Origin: Octopus sinensis
Taxonomy: Eukaryota
Reading direction: 5' to 3'
DNA: 64,000 nucleotides
Assembly (NCBI RefSeq): GCF_006345805.1
Contig: NC_043012.1
Span: forward strand, 51,522,001-51,586,000
Shown here: one piece after another, positions 27,830 to 39,121 of the stretch
How the letters are laid out: each line of letters starts with the position of its first letter
How positions within the stretch are numbered: position 1 is the stretch's first letter
Notes under the pieces: generated by a model
What the model was told of the DNA's origin: nothing
Database searches by the model: none
What the model saw: only the letters and a program-made list of their open reading frames with translations
Translations under genes and position numbers: made by a program

Positions 27830-28410
27830 GAAAAAGAAAGACGAAATGTAGATATGGTGCAGTGTACTCAAGAGGGACAGTGCTTAAGATGGGACGAATA
27901 TGTGGTGAGACGCAAAATCACATGGAAAGAACTTTGGGCTTCGGAACCAGCAATACCATTCTTCCTGATCAAGTCCACCTTCGACGTTTTACCGTCACCG
28001 GCCAACTTAGTCCGGTGGAACATACAAACAGCGACGATGAGACATGTCCTGTCAAACTGCAGGCTGGCACTGGATAGATATACATGGTGTCACAACCGAG
28101 CCCTCGGTGTTATAAGCACAGCACTCAAGAAGAAGTTCGAGGAGTACAATAGGAGAGAAAAGGACATAAGATTAGGTCCAGAAATGTATACGAGACAGAC
28201 GAAAGATGGAAATGATACTGATAGTTGTCCGCAGATTTGGGAAGACAAGTAATATTCCGCTCATAATAACAACACAAAGACCGAACGTAATCCTTTGGAA
28301 TACAGAACGGAAAATTGGAATTTTCATAGAGCTGACAGTGCCGTGGGAAGAAGACATCGCTAATGCAGAGCGACGGAAGGAGAGGAGTTATGAGTGATTT
28401 ATAATAGAAA
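27830..28410 (+). mobile_element. HERO-clade RLE non-LTR retrotransposon 3' fragment
   Basis: QEGQCLRWD..RKITWKELWASEP..FLIKSTFDVLPSPANLVRW..MRHVLSNCRLALDRYTWCHNRAL and TQRPNVILWNTERKIGIFIELTVPWEEDIANAERRKERSY match HERO ORF motifs; the CxxC of the zinc knuckle is deleted. Confidence 0.8.
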
Positions 28411-28480
28411 ATGACGACGTCATTTAAAAGATCTGGATTTTCGAGAGCGGAGCGGAGAAAACTAATAAGGAGGATACAGT

Positions 28481-28690
28481 AGCCAGTCGAAAACGCCAGA
28501 GCTTCGGGCGAAATGCTCAGCGGTACTTCGTCTGCCGTTACCTTCTGAGTTCAAATTCCGCCGAGGTCGATTTTGCCTTTCATCCTTTCGGGATCGATAA
28601 ATAAAGTACAAATCAACTTAAACCCATTCCTTTGTCTGTCCTTGTTTGTCCCCTCTATGTTTAGCCCCTTCTGGGCAGTAAAGAAATATA
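28481..28690 (+). mobile_element. Type C SINE with Tx1-like 3' tail
   Basis: GGGCGAAATGCTCAGCGG...GAGTTCAAATTCCGCCGAGGTCGATTTTGCCTTTCATCCTTTCGGGATCGATAA; tail TTGTCCCCTCTATGTTTAGCCCCTTCTGGGCAGTAAAGAAA. Confidence 0.85.
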
Positions 28691-28967
28691 TATATGGTTG
28701 AAACGAGAAAACTCGAAAGGCCTCGAAGGCCATAAAATGCCGCCTGTGAAATAATGTCGCCAGGTGACGCTGGCAGACATTTAAACCGCATTTTTACTTG
28801 ACAGGTCAGCCGAGGGAACATATCTCATTTATTACGTGTCTCCCTTCTCGATGACTCAACGGTTTGACAGCTAGTCGGATTTGGCTGATGGAGCTGAAAT
28901 TCAAAGAGCACTGTTGGAAGGTTGACCTAGAGAGAGCGCAGGCCAAAATTACGCACCATTCCCCTCT

Positions 28968-29071
28968 ATTGGTCACTTGACGATTAAGTTGTCACGTGAC
29001 AGATAACTAGCTATAGCGGCTGGAGCCTATCGGCGAGTATTTAAGCAAGAAATCTGACAGAGTTTTCAGTC
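28968..29071 (+). promoter_or_regulatory. Putative Pol II core promoter of the MULE transposase (CCAAT, E-box, TATA-like, Inr)
   Basis: ATTGG 28968-28972; palindrome TGTCACGTGACA 28990-29001; TATTTAAG 29038-29045; TCAGT 29066-29070 with its A exactly 30 nt after the TATA T; candidate ATG at 29197. Confidence 0.55.
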
Positions 29072-29499
29072 GTCTGTTGACAGTCGCGGACGCTGCATCG
29101 AAGAATAGAAAAAAGAGAAACAAGGCAAAAAAACGATACGCACTTAACTCCAGAGCTGAGGACATCTCCGCGGAATTAACTCTGACTCACTCGACTATGG
29201 CTTCCACATTTTATCATATCCCAGAAGAACAATCGAAAGCGTAGCCATGAATAGAATCATCTACACGAAAAGCATGGAAGCAACAGCAGAAAAACCAAAA
29301 CATATTGACGTCGTGAGCGGTTTTATGAAGGCTGCCGAGCTAGACTGCACGCAACTTACAAAAGTAGTGAACCAGAAATAATTTTTTCATCGGGCTCCCA
29401 TAATCAGTCTGCAAGCAGTGCACAAGTTAATGCCCGAAAGGCAGGTGACTCAATGAAGAATGAAGTAATGAAACGGACACAATAACTTCACGGGAAGTA

Positions 29500-30053
29500 T
29501 TGGGTTGTCCGATAAGTTCATGCCGATTTATAGTAGCTTAACTTTCGACTTATTTTAGGACATGGTTGAGTCCATAAAATAGGATTTGACTACACTTCCA
29601 TTTAGAGCATAGTTTAAGCTATCTTTTCGTGGAAGAAGTTTTATGTTCTTATAACCTGTGTGAATTCGGTAACCCTTTAAAATGGAAGATAAGAAAGTTC
29701 ATTTTCGGCTCTTGATGGTTTGGGAACCAGACAAAACTGCTGGGATGTGTTACCCCACCCTCCATATTCACCCGATATTGTTTCCTCGAATTTCCACTTA
29801 TTCAGGTCTCTGCAGAATAGTCTTAATGGTAGAAATTTCAATTCCTTGGATGACGTAAAAAGATACCTAGATGAATTCTTTGCCATGAAAGCACCTCAAT
29901 TCTGGGAAGAGGGTATTTTCAAGTTAAAGGAAATATGGAGACGCATTGTGCAACAAAATGTTTCATATCTGGTTGATTAAAAATGTAATGGCAAGTATTT
30001 ATTGACCTTTTTCTTTCCTTTAAAAATCGGCATGAACTTTCCGGACAACCCAA
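29500..30053 (+). mobile_element. Internally deleted mariner element (mellifera-like) inserted in the MULE ORF
   Basis: TA TSDs at 29498-29499 and 30054-30055; TIRs TTGGGTTGTCCGATAAGTTCATGCCGATTT / AAATCGGCATGAACTTTCCGGACAACCCAA; start MEDKKVHFR (ATG 29682) fused to C-terminal WDVLPHPPYSPDI...HLFRSLQNSLNG. Confidence 0.95.
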
Positions 30054-31268
30054 TAATTTTGACTGCTGTACAAAATCTCGATGGAGAAACAAGATCACAG
30101 TTGCAAACCATCCCTGGACTTTCACATAACATGCATGCTTTAGAGATTCCAGCACTTCCAACTTGTAGGTCAGGGTTTGAAATTCCTGTTACAGTTAAAT
30201 ATCCAGAAGATGGATCCTTGTTTTTGGTCTTTGACAGTATTTTCCTCAGAAAAAGGTTTGGTTGATCTAGAAAGAACTGGGCCTGTGATGGAACTTTTAA
30301 GGTATATCCTAGTTTATGGAGTCAGTTAGTGACACTACATATCACCATTGGAACTCTGTGTGTGTCCCGACTATTTGCCTTACTACCCTACAAAAAAGAG
30401 ACCTTATATCATCGTCTTCTGCCTTCTGTGTGTGAGATCAAATTGTCGACCTGTAGCCTGTCTCATGGACTTTGAAAAAGCTCTCCATAATGCATTTGTG
30501 TTACTATTTCCGTATTCAGAAGGAGTTGGGTGTATTTTTCATCTCGGACAGTCTTGTTGGTGGAAAATATGCGTAGTTGATGAGAGTATGAGATAAAACA
30601 CATGTGAAAGTTTTCAGCTTAAAATTAAGTGCTTTTGTGATTTAGCATTTTTACCAATTGAAGACGTTGTCAGTATATATGAAGATTTGTCTGACGATTA
30701 ATACATCGCTTCTGAGTTTATCACACATCTTCCTATACAACACTCGAATGTACGTGAACACGTCTTAAAAGAATTGCCAAGATCAAATAATTCTTCAGAA
30801 ATGTTCCACAATGCTTTGCGCTCATCATTAACATCCAGACATCCAAATTGGTGCAAAATGTGCACTGCCCTTAAAGCTGCGGAAGGATTAAGCTAAACAA
30901 AAATTGCACACATTCGACGTGTGAACTTAGTGACGCACGAGTGAAGAAGCTAGTTCAGGAATATCAAAATGAAGCCCTCTGCAATTTTAAAGAAATAATG
31001 CACGTAATTTGTTTAAAGAATTTTTTAAAATAAATTGAACTTTCTTATCCTAACTCTGTTTCACAATGTGCTCGCTGTTATTTTTTTATCCTATTGTTAT
31101 AATAAAATGTGTGCTAAAATTTAATCGTTTCTTTCTTTATCCCAAATCACACTATTTTAGAAATTTTGTGATGAGTCTTTTTCATAGATTCTTGCTCGAT
31201 GGGAGGACATTAAAGTGATCCCGTCTCAATTCAGGTAGATTATAAAGATTATTTTCTATCACACCTTT

Positions 31269-31329
<61 letters not shown>

Positions 31330-32346
31330 CTCTTCTTAAGACTTGACAGACAGAAAGATTAAATAACATGGGTATTGACCCACTCTCAAGAGAAGCCGAC
31401 CACGAGGATTATTGGCCGGAGCGGCTTATATTGGAAGTCTGCCCATGGGTGTAATTTACCGTGGTGGCATATACCGTGGTAGAATTTACCGAGATTATAT
31501 ATATATGTATATATACTGAGAGAGACAGACAGAGATAAAGACAGGGACAAAGAGACAAAAGGTGAGATAGTGATTCAAATGAACACGCTTGGTCTTGATA
31601 TATGAAAAATAATTACATTTATATACACGTGTAATTTTATATTCGGGCATATGAAGAGAAATGAAAAATAAGCTGAAAATATTTTTAATGAACATTCATG
31701 TATAAGCATAAAAATAAATATATATTTATAGAAAAATTTACATGGAGTATAAAATTTACAGGGAACTAAGGAAAGTGGACATGGTATTTTGGTATTTTGT
31801 GGACTGGAAATTAAGTAATAAATGTCGTTTTTACTGATATAGTGGGCAAAATGTCAAGAGTATACAACCGGTATGTCGTTGCATATAAACATAACCAGAA
31901 AGCAGGGTTCCATCCTGAGAGTGGACACGTTGGCCTCCTTATTTCATTTCTCATACATATAGACCCAGAAGAAATTACTCTCCGCTTAAGTTAAAAAAGT
32001 TGAACTTCTTTTAGCTACACGATATGTATGTGTGTGCGCGCACGTGTTTAGACACACACTCACAAACACACGACTCACACATATATGTATGTATGAAATT
32101 GTGTATATATGTGTATATATGTATATATATGCGTGTATGTGTGTGTATATATGTATATATATATATTAATGAAAGGAAATGTTGACGCATTTTCAAAATG
32201 TTCACGATAATTTCATGTATTTGTGTGTATGTGTCTGTACGTGTACCTATATATAAGGATGTGTATTGTATGTACATTTACATACAATATACACTTACAT
32301 ACATCCATGTGTATGTATGTATATATATACACACACATATGTATAT

Positions 32347-32473
<127 letters not shown>

Positions 32474-34544
32474 CGAACGTTTCTTATAGAGGAGTGTACG
32501 TATATATGACAATGAAGGGAAAACTTTAGAAAGCTAACTATATAAACAGACAGTTTTAAATTTAAAATGTAATGAATGAATAATAATAAATAATATTATT
32601 TATCTTTTTATTCTGTCTAATAATATTAGTTTTCGATTTGAAATAAGGGGAAAGAAAAGAGAAAAATAGACAAATTTATAACACATCAATTCATTGCATT
32701 TATTTTCAATATATTTAAGAATTGGCTGCTGTAGAAATGGCAAATAGGGAAAAGAAAACGTGACATAGAGAATACATTGTGCCAGTTTACTCGGAGTAAA
32801 TTTTTTTCGGGTAATTTTTTTTCTACAAAAGGTTATAACATAGTAAACTCAATTTTGAATTTCTATAAATTTAGATTCTATTTTAAAAGCATTTATTTCA
32901 TTTTAAATATAGGTTATCGAGATTTTTTTTTTCAAGAATTTAATTGATTTTTGTTTTATTGATAAATCTTTCCGATATGTTATATTTCTTATCTAGTCTG
33001 TATATAAATAAACTTATTTGAAATAAGATAAGTGCATTTATTTCAAATAATTTTATACGAGATATAGACCGTACGTCTGAATCTATAAAAGTGCACCAAA
33101 TTCTCGGAATTATAGATATGCATAGGAAAGTATTTTATATTGAAAGCATAAAAATAGTACATTCCTACCTTTCATTTCATATATGTAATTTTATTATTTC
33201 AATTCCTTTAATATTTTCTAACTTACATTAACAACAATTGCTTGCAGTATAAATTTTACTCATAAGGCATATGGTATATATTTATAATAGAATATTTATG
33301 TAGAAAATCCTGTATTTTTTATACCAGCTCAGAGTTTGTATGAAAAAAAAGAATTCATAACTCATACATAATTCAATGATATTTTAACATTAGTTCCAAA
33401 TGTTCATTGTATGAAGAAGGAATATTACATGTAATACAACCTTCTATTCTTTTCATGGACAACGCCGCAAAATAACATGGTAACACACATCATGAATATT
33501 AAATTGATACTGAATTATCTACGTAATCACAATACCATGTATTTTCAAAGGAGTTCGCATATGTGTGTTTGTGTGTACACATGCAAAAATACTTACCATA
33601 TGCACATGTCTATTCATTTATCTTTCTTCCTAAACATACATACATACACACATACACACAAACATAAGCACACACACATCGCACATTCATATAACTACAC
33701 ACATAAAACAAACACGTACATGTTTAGTGCTAGTCTATATGTGTGAGTGTACCGAAAGCAAGTTCAGTCATAAAATTATATTAGTGAAATACTATATTAC
33801 ATGCAAGTTTTAATGAATAGAAAAACGTGTTAGGGCATTGTAAGATAATGTTGGGTAGACATCAGCCGATTGTATAACTGGTATACTTTTCTTTGAAAGT
33901 GTATGGATGTAAACGTTTCAATGAATTGTGATTTAAATAGAAGACTACACAATAAATTTCCTAATATCCCAGGATTTACAATACATATCAATTTAAAGTT
34001 TTTCTACAGCGATACTAATCATGCACAACTGTTAAACCCAGACAGAAATTTTGAGTAAATATGCTTCTCCGTTTATAGATTAGTATTTCATAAATATTCA
34101 TTTGGTTGACACATTGTGAATAAAAGATATGTATGAATGCGGAGGACATAATCTTCGAATGCTATTTCATTTATAATCTTTTATATATTTATATATTTAT
34201 GTATATTCTATATCTAAAGCTGAATACGGAAAATATATCAAAAATATAGTGTAAATCCAGGACAGTTATCTCTCTATCTCCGCTGTAACGTTCTGATTGT
34301 AGTGTATACACTGCTGAGTACAATTTGTTAAAAACATCGATTGTAACACCTGCGATAAAAAAAACAACAACACAGAATATATGAATTTATACATGCTGGA
34401 TTTCGGTCGAGCGCATTTTATCTAGTTCTGGAAATTGTGTTTCGTAAACAACAGACTATGATGATGAACTTGCAGCTGTTTACATATCCATATACGGAAA
34501 CATTAACAAGCGAAACTAATTAGTACATAGGCAATGGTTTTTTT

Positions 34545-34790
34545 ATTTTGTACATTTTCATTTGTCTTGCTTATTTTTACACTTTGGTTTTTTGGTGAAT
34601 TTTTTTCTTGAGAATAATTTCTTCGTGGAAAATGACGATTTTGACATCTATTTCTATCATAGAGTCTGTCCACTGTTAGTTGTCAGTCCTCTAAATTTTG
34701 TATGGATAACATTTTTATTCTTCGGATTTCTTTTAAATATGCTAGGCCACTGGTTTTAATTGATTAATATCAATTTCTACCCTTATTTAA
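34545..34790 (+). repeat. Dispersed repeat terminus abutting (TA)n (probable Penelope-like terminus)
   Basis: Reverse-complement match to 17779-17990; ends TTTCTACCCTTATTTAATT followed by (TA)n. Confidence 0.7.
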
Positions 34791-34801
34791 TTATATATAT
34801 A

Positions 34802-34857
<56 letters not shown>

Positions 34858-34962
34858 GGTAGATAGATAGATAGATATATAGATAGATAGATAGATAGAT
34901 AGATAGACAGATAGATAAACTAACTCGGTAGAAGATGCTTGGCTTTCGGTCATATAATGATA

Positions 34963-35002
<40 letters not shown>

Positions 35003-35682
35003 GGATTGTATGATATAATCATAAGCGTTAAAGTTTCTAGTTTGATAATAGAGTTTTTTATAAGAACAATTATTATTTCATTTATTTCTTTAAAAATAAT
35101 TTTTAAATATATTTGCTTACTTACTTAAATATTATCTTTAACCTGAAGATTGACTATAACCATAATTCGAATTATTGATTGAATTTAAATTATTGTAATT
35201 CGAATTAGATTATGGGCATGAAATGTACGTAGTGGTTTTACTTTTTATCTTATATTAAACTTTTTAATACTTTTCGATAGTTATATATATTTAATAAAAA
35301 AAATTATAAATATATATTAATAATTTAGATTTTAAATTTAAAAAACTAAAATTTTGAAAATTTATGTTTTAAATATTTTGTATATTATATTAATTATTTT
35401 CCTTTTTACGTTTTGGTTTATATTTTTCACTGTTTGATTTGGCTAATAGTGGTTTTATCTGTAATTTAATTAAGTTTATATATATATATATATATATTAT
35501 ATAATTAGGGCTTAGTAAAATAAATTACTTTGCCACATACTGAAATTAGTAGAAATAGCAGCCAAAAAAATTTTCTTAGCATTTCTACTACTTAAGAAAA
35601 TTTCTCTCAGATAATGTTTACTCTAGACAGCTCACGAAGGTTTGGGGGTAAATACAGAAAAATATCACAAGTACATAGATCG

Positions 35683-35745
35683 TTTGAGTACGTCAACGTT
35701 TCAAGATTAGCCAAATAAAATCAGCATTTCTTTCGTCAGCTCAAA
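35683..35745 (-). ncRNA. Type I hammerhead ribozyme, copy 1
   Basis: TTTGAG-CTGACGA-AAGA...TCTT-GAAA-CG-TTGA-CG-TA-CTCAAA: stem I 6 bp, core CUGACGA/GAAA, stem II AAGA/UCUU, stem III ACG/CGU, GUA triplet; predicted cut between 35689 and 35688. Confidence 0.85.
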
Positions 35746-36245
35746 ATTTCTTAATTTGGATTTGGAAACACTAAAAAGAAGGAACTTTACCTATCAGCGA
35801 CTTGTCGCTTGAGATGAACCACTCCAACTAACAGTGTCAACAAATTCAAAATGCGCAGGCGTAAAATTCTGCACTCCCCATTCCACCCACGTGGTCTATC
35901 TAGCAAACCTTATATTTTAACCGCGAGAACCGAGGCAGTATGACCGAGAGATATGAATTATAATATCAACAATTGAGGGTAAAATTAATTAATTAATCAA
36001 TTTCACCAAGTGTTCAGTATGTAAAAGGACCATTTAAGGCGAATTCAAAATATTACATTATATAATTAGGGCTTAGTAAAATAAATTACTTTGCCACATA
36101 CTGAACTTAGTAGAAATAGCAGCCAAAAAAAATTTTCTTAGCATTTCTACTACTTAAAGAAAATTTCTCTCAGATAATGTTTACTCTAGACAGCTCACGA
36201 AGGTTTGGGGGTAAATACAGAAAAATATCACAAGTACATAGATCG

Positions 36246-36308
36246 TTTGAGTACGTCAACGTTTCAAGATTAGCCAAATAAAATCAGCATTTCTTTCGTC
36301 AGCTCAAA
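36246..36308 (-). ncRNA. Type I hammerhead ribozyme, copy 2
   Basis: Same sequence as copy 1, 563 nt away; predicted cut between 36252 and 36251. Confidence 0.85.
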
Positions 36309-36789
36309 ATTTCTTAATTTGGATTTGGAAACACTAAAACCTTCGTGAGCTGTCTAAAGTAAACATTATCTGAGAGAAATTTTCTTTAAGTAGTAGAAAT
36401 GCTAAGAAAATTTTTTTTGGCTGCTATTTCTACTAAGTTCAGTATGTGGCAAAGTAATTTATTTTACTAAGCCCTAATTATATAATGTAATATTTTGAAT
36501 TCGCCTTAAATGGTCCTTTTACATACTGAACACTTGGTGAAATTGATTAATTAATTAATTTTACCCTCAATTGTTGATATTATAATTCATATCTCTCGGT
36601 GATACTGCCTCGGTTCTCGCGGTTAAAATATAATGTTTGCTAGATAGAACACGTGGGTGGAATGGGGAGTGCAGAATTTTACGCCTGCGCATTTTGAATT
36701 TGTTGACACTGTTAGTTGGAGTGGTTCATCTGAAGCGACAAGTCGCTGATAGGTAAAGTTCCTTCTTTTTAGTGTTTCCAAATCCAAAT

Positions 36790-36852
36790 TTTGAGCTGAC
36801 GAAAGAAATGCTGATTTTATTTGGCTAATCTTGAAACGTTGACGTACTCAAA
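36790..36852 (+). ncRNA. Type I hammerhead ribozyme, copy 3 (opposite strand)
   Basis: Plus strand TTTGAGCTGACGAAAGAAATGCTGATTTTATTTGGCTAATCTTGAAACGTTGACGTACTCAAA; predicted cut between 36846 and 36847. Confidence 0.85.
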
Positions 36853-37137
36853 CGATCTATGTACTTGTGATATTTTTCTGTATTTACCCCCAACCTTCGT
36901 GAGCTGTCTAGAGTAAACATTATCTGAGAGAAATTTTCTTTAAGTAGTAGAAATGCTAAGAAAATTTTTTTTGGCTGCTATTTCTACTAAGTTCAGTATG
37001 TGGCAAAGTAATTATTTTACTAAGCCCTAATTATATAATGTAATATTTTGAATTCGCCTTAAATGGTCCTTTTACATACTGAACACTTGTGAAATTGATT
37101 AATTAATTAATTTTACCCTCAATTGTTGATATATATA

Positions 37138-37211
<74 letters not shown>

Positions 37212-38301
37212 GCATATATGCATATATACATATATATATATATATATAATACACGTATAGATGTAAGATCTACATACTTACATCTATACGTATATATATA
37301 TATTAATATGTGGGCACAGGACGTCAGGAAACATGTACAGCAAAAATGTACGAAGCACGAGTGCATGGAACATGAACTATCCTTTCGAACAACGAAAGAC
37401 ACAATTGGAAAACAAAACAAACATAATGAACGACCCTTCATCAGTTGCTGGCTTTTTTTTGTAATCATCGTATTTCAAGCGTTTCACAGTAATATAAGCT
37501 TTCGATAATACAGTTGCTTCCGCAAAGCAAATTAAATTAAACTTTTTCTTGTTCGACTCCTGTCCTCGCTCGATTTACGCGTTTGCCACCTCAACCTCCC
37601 TTTGAGCTTAGCAACCCTTCTAGTTTGTTTACATTGTTATGTTTGTGTTACCTATTTTGACCCTCCACAAAAACCTAAATCGTATATAATCTCCTATGCG
37701 AGCACAACTGTTTTATTGAAAACGTATATTGTTATTAAATGCTCGAAATGCGAGACTAGTAAATCAGCCAATAACTGATGAATGGTCCTTCTTTATGTTT
37801 TTTGTCTTCTTTTCCATTTGTGCCTTTCGTTGTATTCGCACGGCGTGTGAATGGACGAGAAAATATATATAATATTACAAACGTAGATCAATTATCTGTT
37901 ATTTAAACCACGATGCCGTCACGTTTTAAAAAGATATAAGATATAATGTTTTACAATGTATTTTGTTTTAAATGTTGTAAAATGTCTATTCTCATAAGAG
38001 TCAACCTTAACTAAAGTCTTCTTTTATGTCTGTTGCATTTTATTTCATTCTGACAACAACACGGAAGCAGATTCTCTTTGAAAAATCATTTATTGAAATT
38101 ACTTATACATTAATTGAAAATTCGCATATTATTTTATTAATTTTTTCAGAAGCAATAGATTGACTCACGAGCCGAAATTTTTGTGTATTAGCATAATAAG
38201 CGCTAACGCCCGAAAGTTTCGTCCCGTGAGTCACTCTCTTATTTATGCGAAACTTTAACATATATTTCATTCGTACATTCATACATACATACATACATAC
38301 A

Positions 38302-38359
<58 letters not shown>

Positions 38360-39062
38360 CATATATATACATATATATATATATATGTATGTACATATAT
38401 ATATATATATATACATACATACACACACACACACACATATATATATATAATTTTGTGTTACACAATTAGATGCACATATTTATACGAACTAGGTAGGTAT
38501 TCGCACGGTGTGTGACTATAAGCATGGACGAGTAAGTATATACAGTATTACAAATGCATATCAAGTATTTTAAAAGTATTCTATATGTGTAGTTTACGAT
38601 GACAGCTCACCAATATATCTTCATGCATTTTTAGCACCCATCAATTGTCCTGGTTACATATAATGAAATTTAAGTTTTTACATCTATGTCTAAAGATCAG
38701 TTTCTGATACAAAACTTGGAATTCATTAATGCTAAGGCACTTTAAAACTTCTCCGTCTCATACTTCACTTATACGGACAAAGGAATCGATATATTCAAAA
38801 ATGAAATGAAGCCAGTAATATTGGCGGCTTCCAATCCATTTGAGATCTACCATTAAAATTTGACAGAAAAGCGTCTTTCCTGCCTATCGCAAAACACTTA
38901 AAATTATATGTCGCCATAGTTGAAGAATTGCGACAAACATGAAAGATGCCATCACTATTTCCTATATCAGAATATATGTATGCATACCCCCCACACACGC
39001 ATTCTCGCACGCACAAATATAAATGCACATGCATATAAATGTACGTGCATATGTATGTATAT

Positions 39063-39121
<59 letters not shown>

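Larger units (their letters stand above)
27037..31495 (+). mobile_element. MULE (Mutator-like) DNA transposon fossil with FLYWCH + DDE transposase, carrying nested insertions
   Basis: Degenerate TIRs at 27037-27080 and 31452-31495 (roughly three-quarters identical by eye); FLYWCH-like KTKTY*RRERFYEGCRARLHAT...SHNQ (~29240-29407); MULE motifs WACDGTFKVYP..QLVTLH (DGTFK at 30287), MDFEKALHNAF..FP..GCIFHLGQS (30465-30555), LAFLPIEDV (30642), LPRSNN...HPNW (30774-30850). No TSD found. Confidence 0.8.
35497..37132. mobile_element. Tandem + inverted array of a ~563-bp hammerhead-containing unit (retrozyme / non-autonomous Penelope-like element)
   Basis: ATAATTAGGGCTTAGT recurs at 35501 and 36062; forward copies run to ~36339, then ~1.4 inverted units 36338-37132; few substitutions between copies; (TA)n on both flanks; no long ORF. 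Confidence 0.9.

Noticed and set aside
35497-37132. CRISPR array or satellite interpretation of the repeat
   Set aside because: Eukaryotic context, no short repeat-spacer pattern, few copies and an inversion; the hammerheads explain it better.
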